Assembly (NCBI GenBank): GCA_044344255.1
Contig: JBIJDH010000008.1
Coordinates: 96,001-160,000 of the forward strand
Direction of reading: 5' to 3'
Origin: Myxococcota bacterium
GTDB lineage: Bacteria; Myxococcota_A; UBA796; UBA2385
DNA: 64,000 nt
The notes beneath the pieces were generated by a model that was given only the letters and a program-made list of their open reading frames with translations, did no database searches and was not told the origin of the DNA. Position 1 is the stretch's first letter, and the number at the start of each line of letters is the position of its first letter. Positions 63,088 to 64,000 of the stretch are shown piece by piece. The position numbers were made by a program, and so were the translations under genes.

Positions 63088-64000
63088 TTGAAGCCCACCC
63101 ACGACCCGTTCCACAGCGAAGCCCTCGGATACGCCCCGCCGGGCAAGACGATCCTGGGCCACCCCATCGGGCTCTTCGTCCTCTTCTTCACCGAGATGTG
63201 GGAGCGCTTCTCCTACTACGGCATGCGCGGCCTGCTGCGGGCCTACATGGTCTACTACCTCTTCTCCTCGGCGAACCTGCTCAAGTACCCCGAGGAGGCG
63301 CCGACCGTCACGGGGGACCCCACCGACCCCATGGGCGTGCTGGGCTTCAGCTTCTTCCGGGGGATCTACTCCGAGGGCTCGGTCAACGACATGGCGTCGA
63401 GCCTGTACGGGCTCTACACGGCCCTCGTGTACGCCACGCCCTTCTTCGGCGGCCTCATCGCCGACCGCTTCCTCGGACAGCGAAAGTCCGTGGTCGTAGG
63501 CGGCATCATCATGGCTGTCGGCCACTTCGTGATGGCCTCCGAGCAGCTCTTCTTCGTGGCGCTCGGGATGCTCATCATCGGCAACGGCTTCTTCAAGCCG
63601 AACATCTCGACCCAGGTGGGTGACCTCTACCCCCCCGGAGATGCCCGCCGCGATGGCGCCTTCACCATCTTTTACATGGGCATCAACCTCGGGGCCTTCA
63701 TCTGCAACCTCGTCTGCGGCACCCTCGCCGCGGTCTACGGCTGGCACTGGGGCTTCGGGGCGGCAGGCGTGGGCATGGTGCTCGGGCTCGTCGTCTACCT
63801 CCTCGGCCGCAGCACCCTCGCCCCCGAGAAGCCCCGCGCCGTCAAGCAGAACAACGCGGGCTCCACGGAGCCCCTCACCGGCGAAGAGTGGAAGCGGATC
63901 GGCGCGCTGGTCGTGCTCTTCCTCCTCAACATCACGTTCTGGGCAGTCTACGAGCAGCAGGGCAACACGCTGCAGGCCTGGGCCGACACTCAGACCGTCT
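63088..64000 (+). CDS. POT/PTR-family proton-dependent oligopeptide transporter (runs off right edge)
   Basis: GHP.GL...F.TEMWERFSYYGMR, GG.IADR.LG, GNGFFKPN, FYMGINLGA. Confidence 0.9.
   Translation, partial: MKPTHDPFHSEALGYAPPGKTILGHPIGLFVLFFTEMWERFSYYGMRGLLRAYMVYYLFSSANLLKYPEEAPTVTGDPTDPMGVLGFSFFRGIYSEGSVNDMASSLYGLYTALVYATPFFGGLIADRFLGQRKSVVVGGIIMAVGHFVMASEQLFFVALGMLIIGNGFFKPNISTQVGDLYPPGDARRDGAFTIFYMGINLGAFICNLVCGTLAAVYGWHWGFGAAGVGMVLGLVVYLLGRSTLAPEKPRAVKQNNAGSTEPLTGEEWKRIGALVVLFLLNITFWAVYEQQGNTLQAWADTQTV

Overview
Very GC-rich, gene-dense bacterial chromosome segment. It is probably Myxococcota-like, inferred from a MYXO-CTERM-type tail, Cys/Asp-rich metal-binding repeat lipoproteins, FG-GAP proteins, CotH and a DUF1501-type operon. 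About 50 CDSs are supported. I saw no rRNA, tRNA, CRISPR array, transposase or integrase. Main loci: (1) a degenerate ClpA/B-type AAA+ ATPase fused to a near full-length release-factor-2-like module lacking both the SPF and GGQ motifs; (2) a glycosyltransferase/LarA-like cluster; (3) an ECF sigma locus with twin divergent GTCAC-N16-CGTT promoters and a Met/Thr-rich upstream ORF; (4) a PHA locus (phaR, phasin, phaE-like, two tandem phaC, acyl-CoA ligase) running directly into exported lipase/hydrolase/outer-membrane genes; (5) an operon with a Tes/GDGT-MAS-family radical SAM enzyme, two SDRs and an aminotransferase, next to a deletion-scarred two-component locus and a repeat-flanked FG-GAP gene of atypical composition; (6) an exported Memo-family lipoprotein pair; (7) a signal-peptide protein with gasdermin-like motifs, divergent from a 1351-aa coiled-coil gene. 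All assignments come from reading motifs by eye; no database searches were run.
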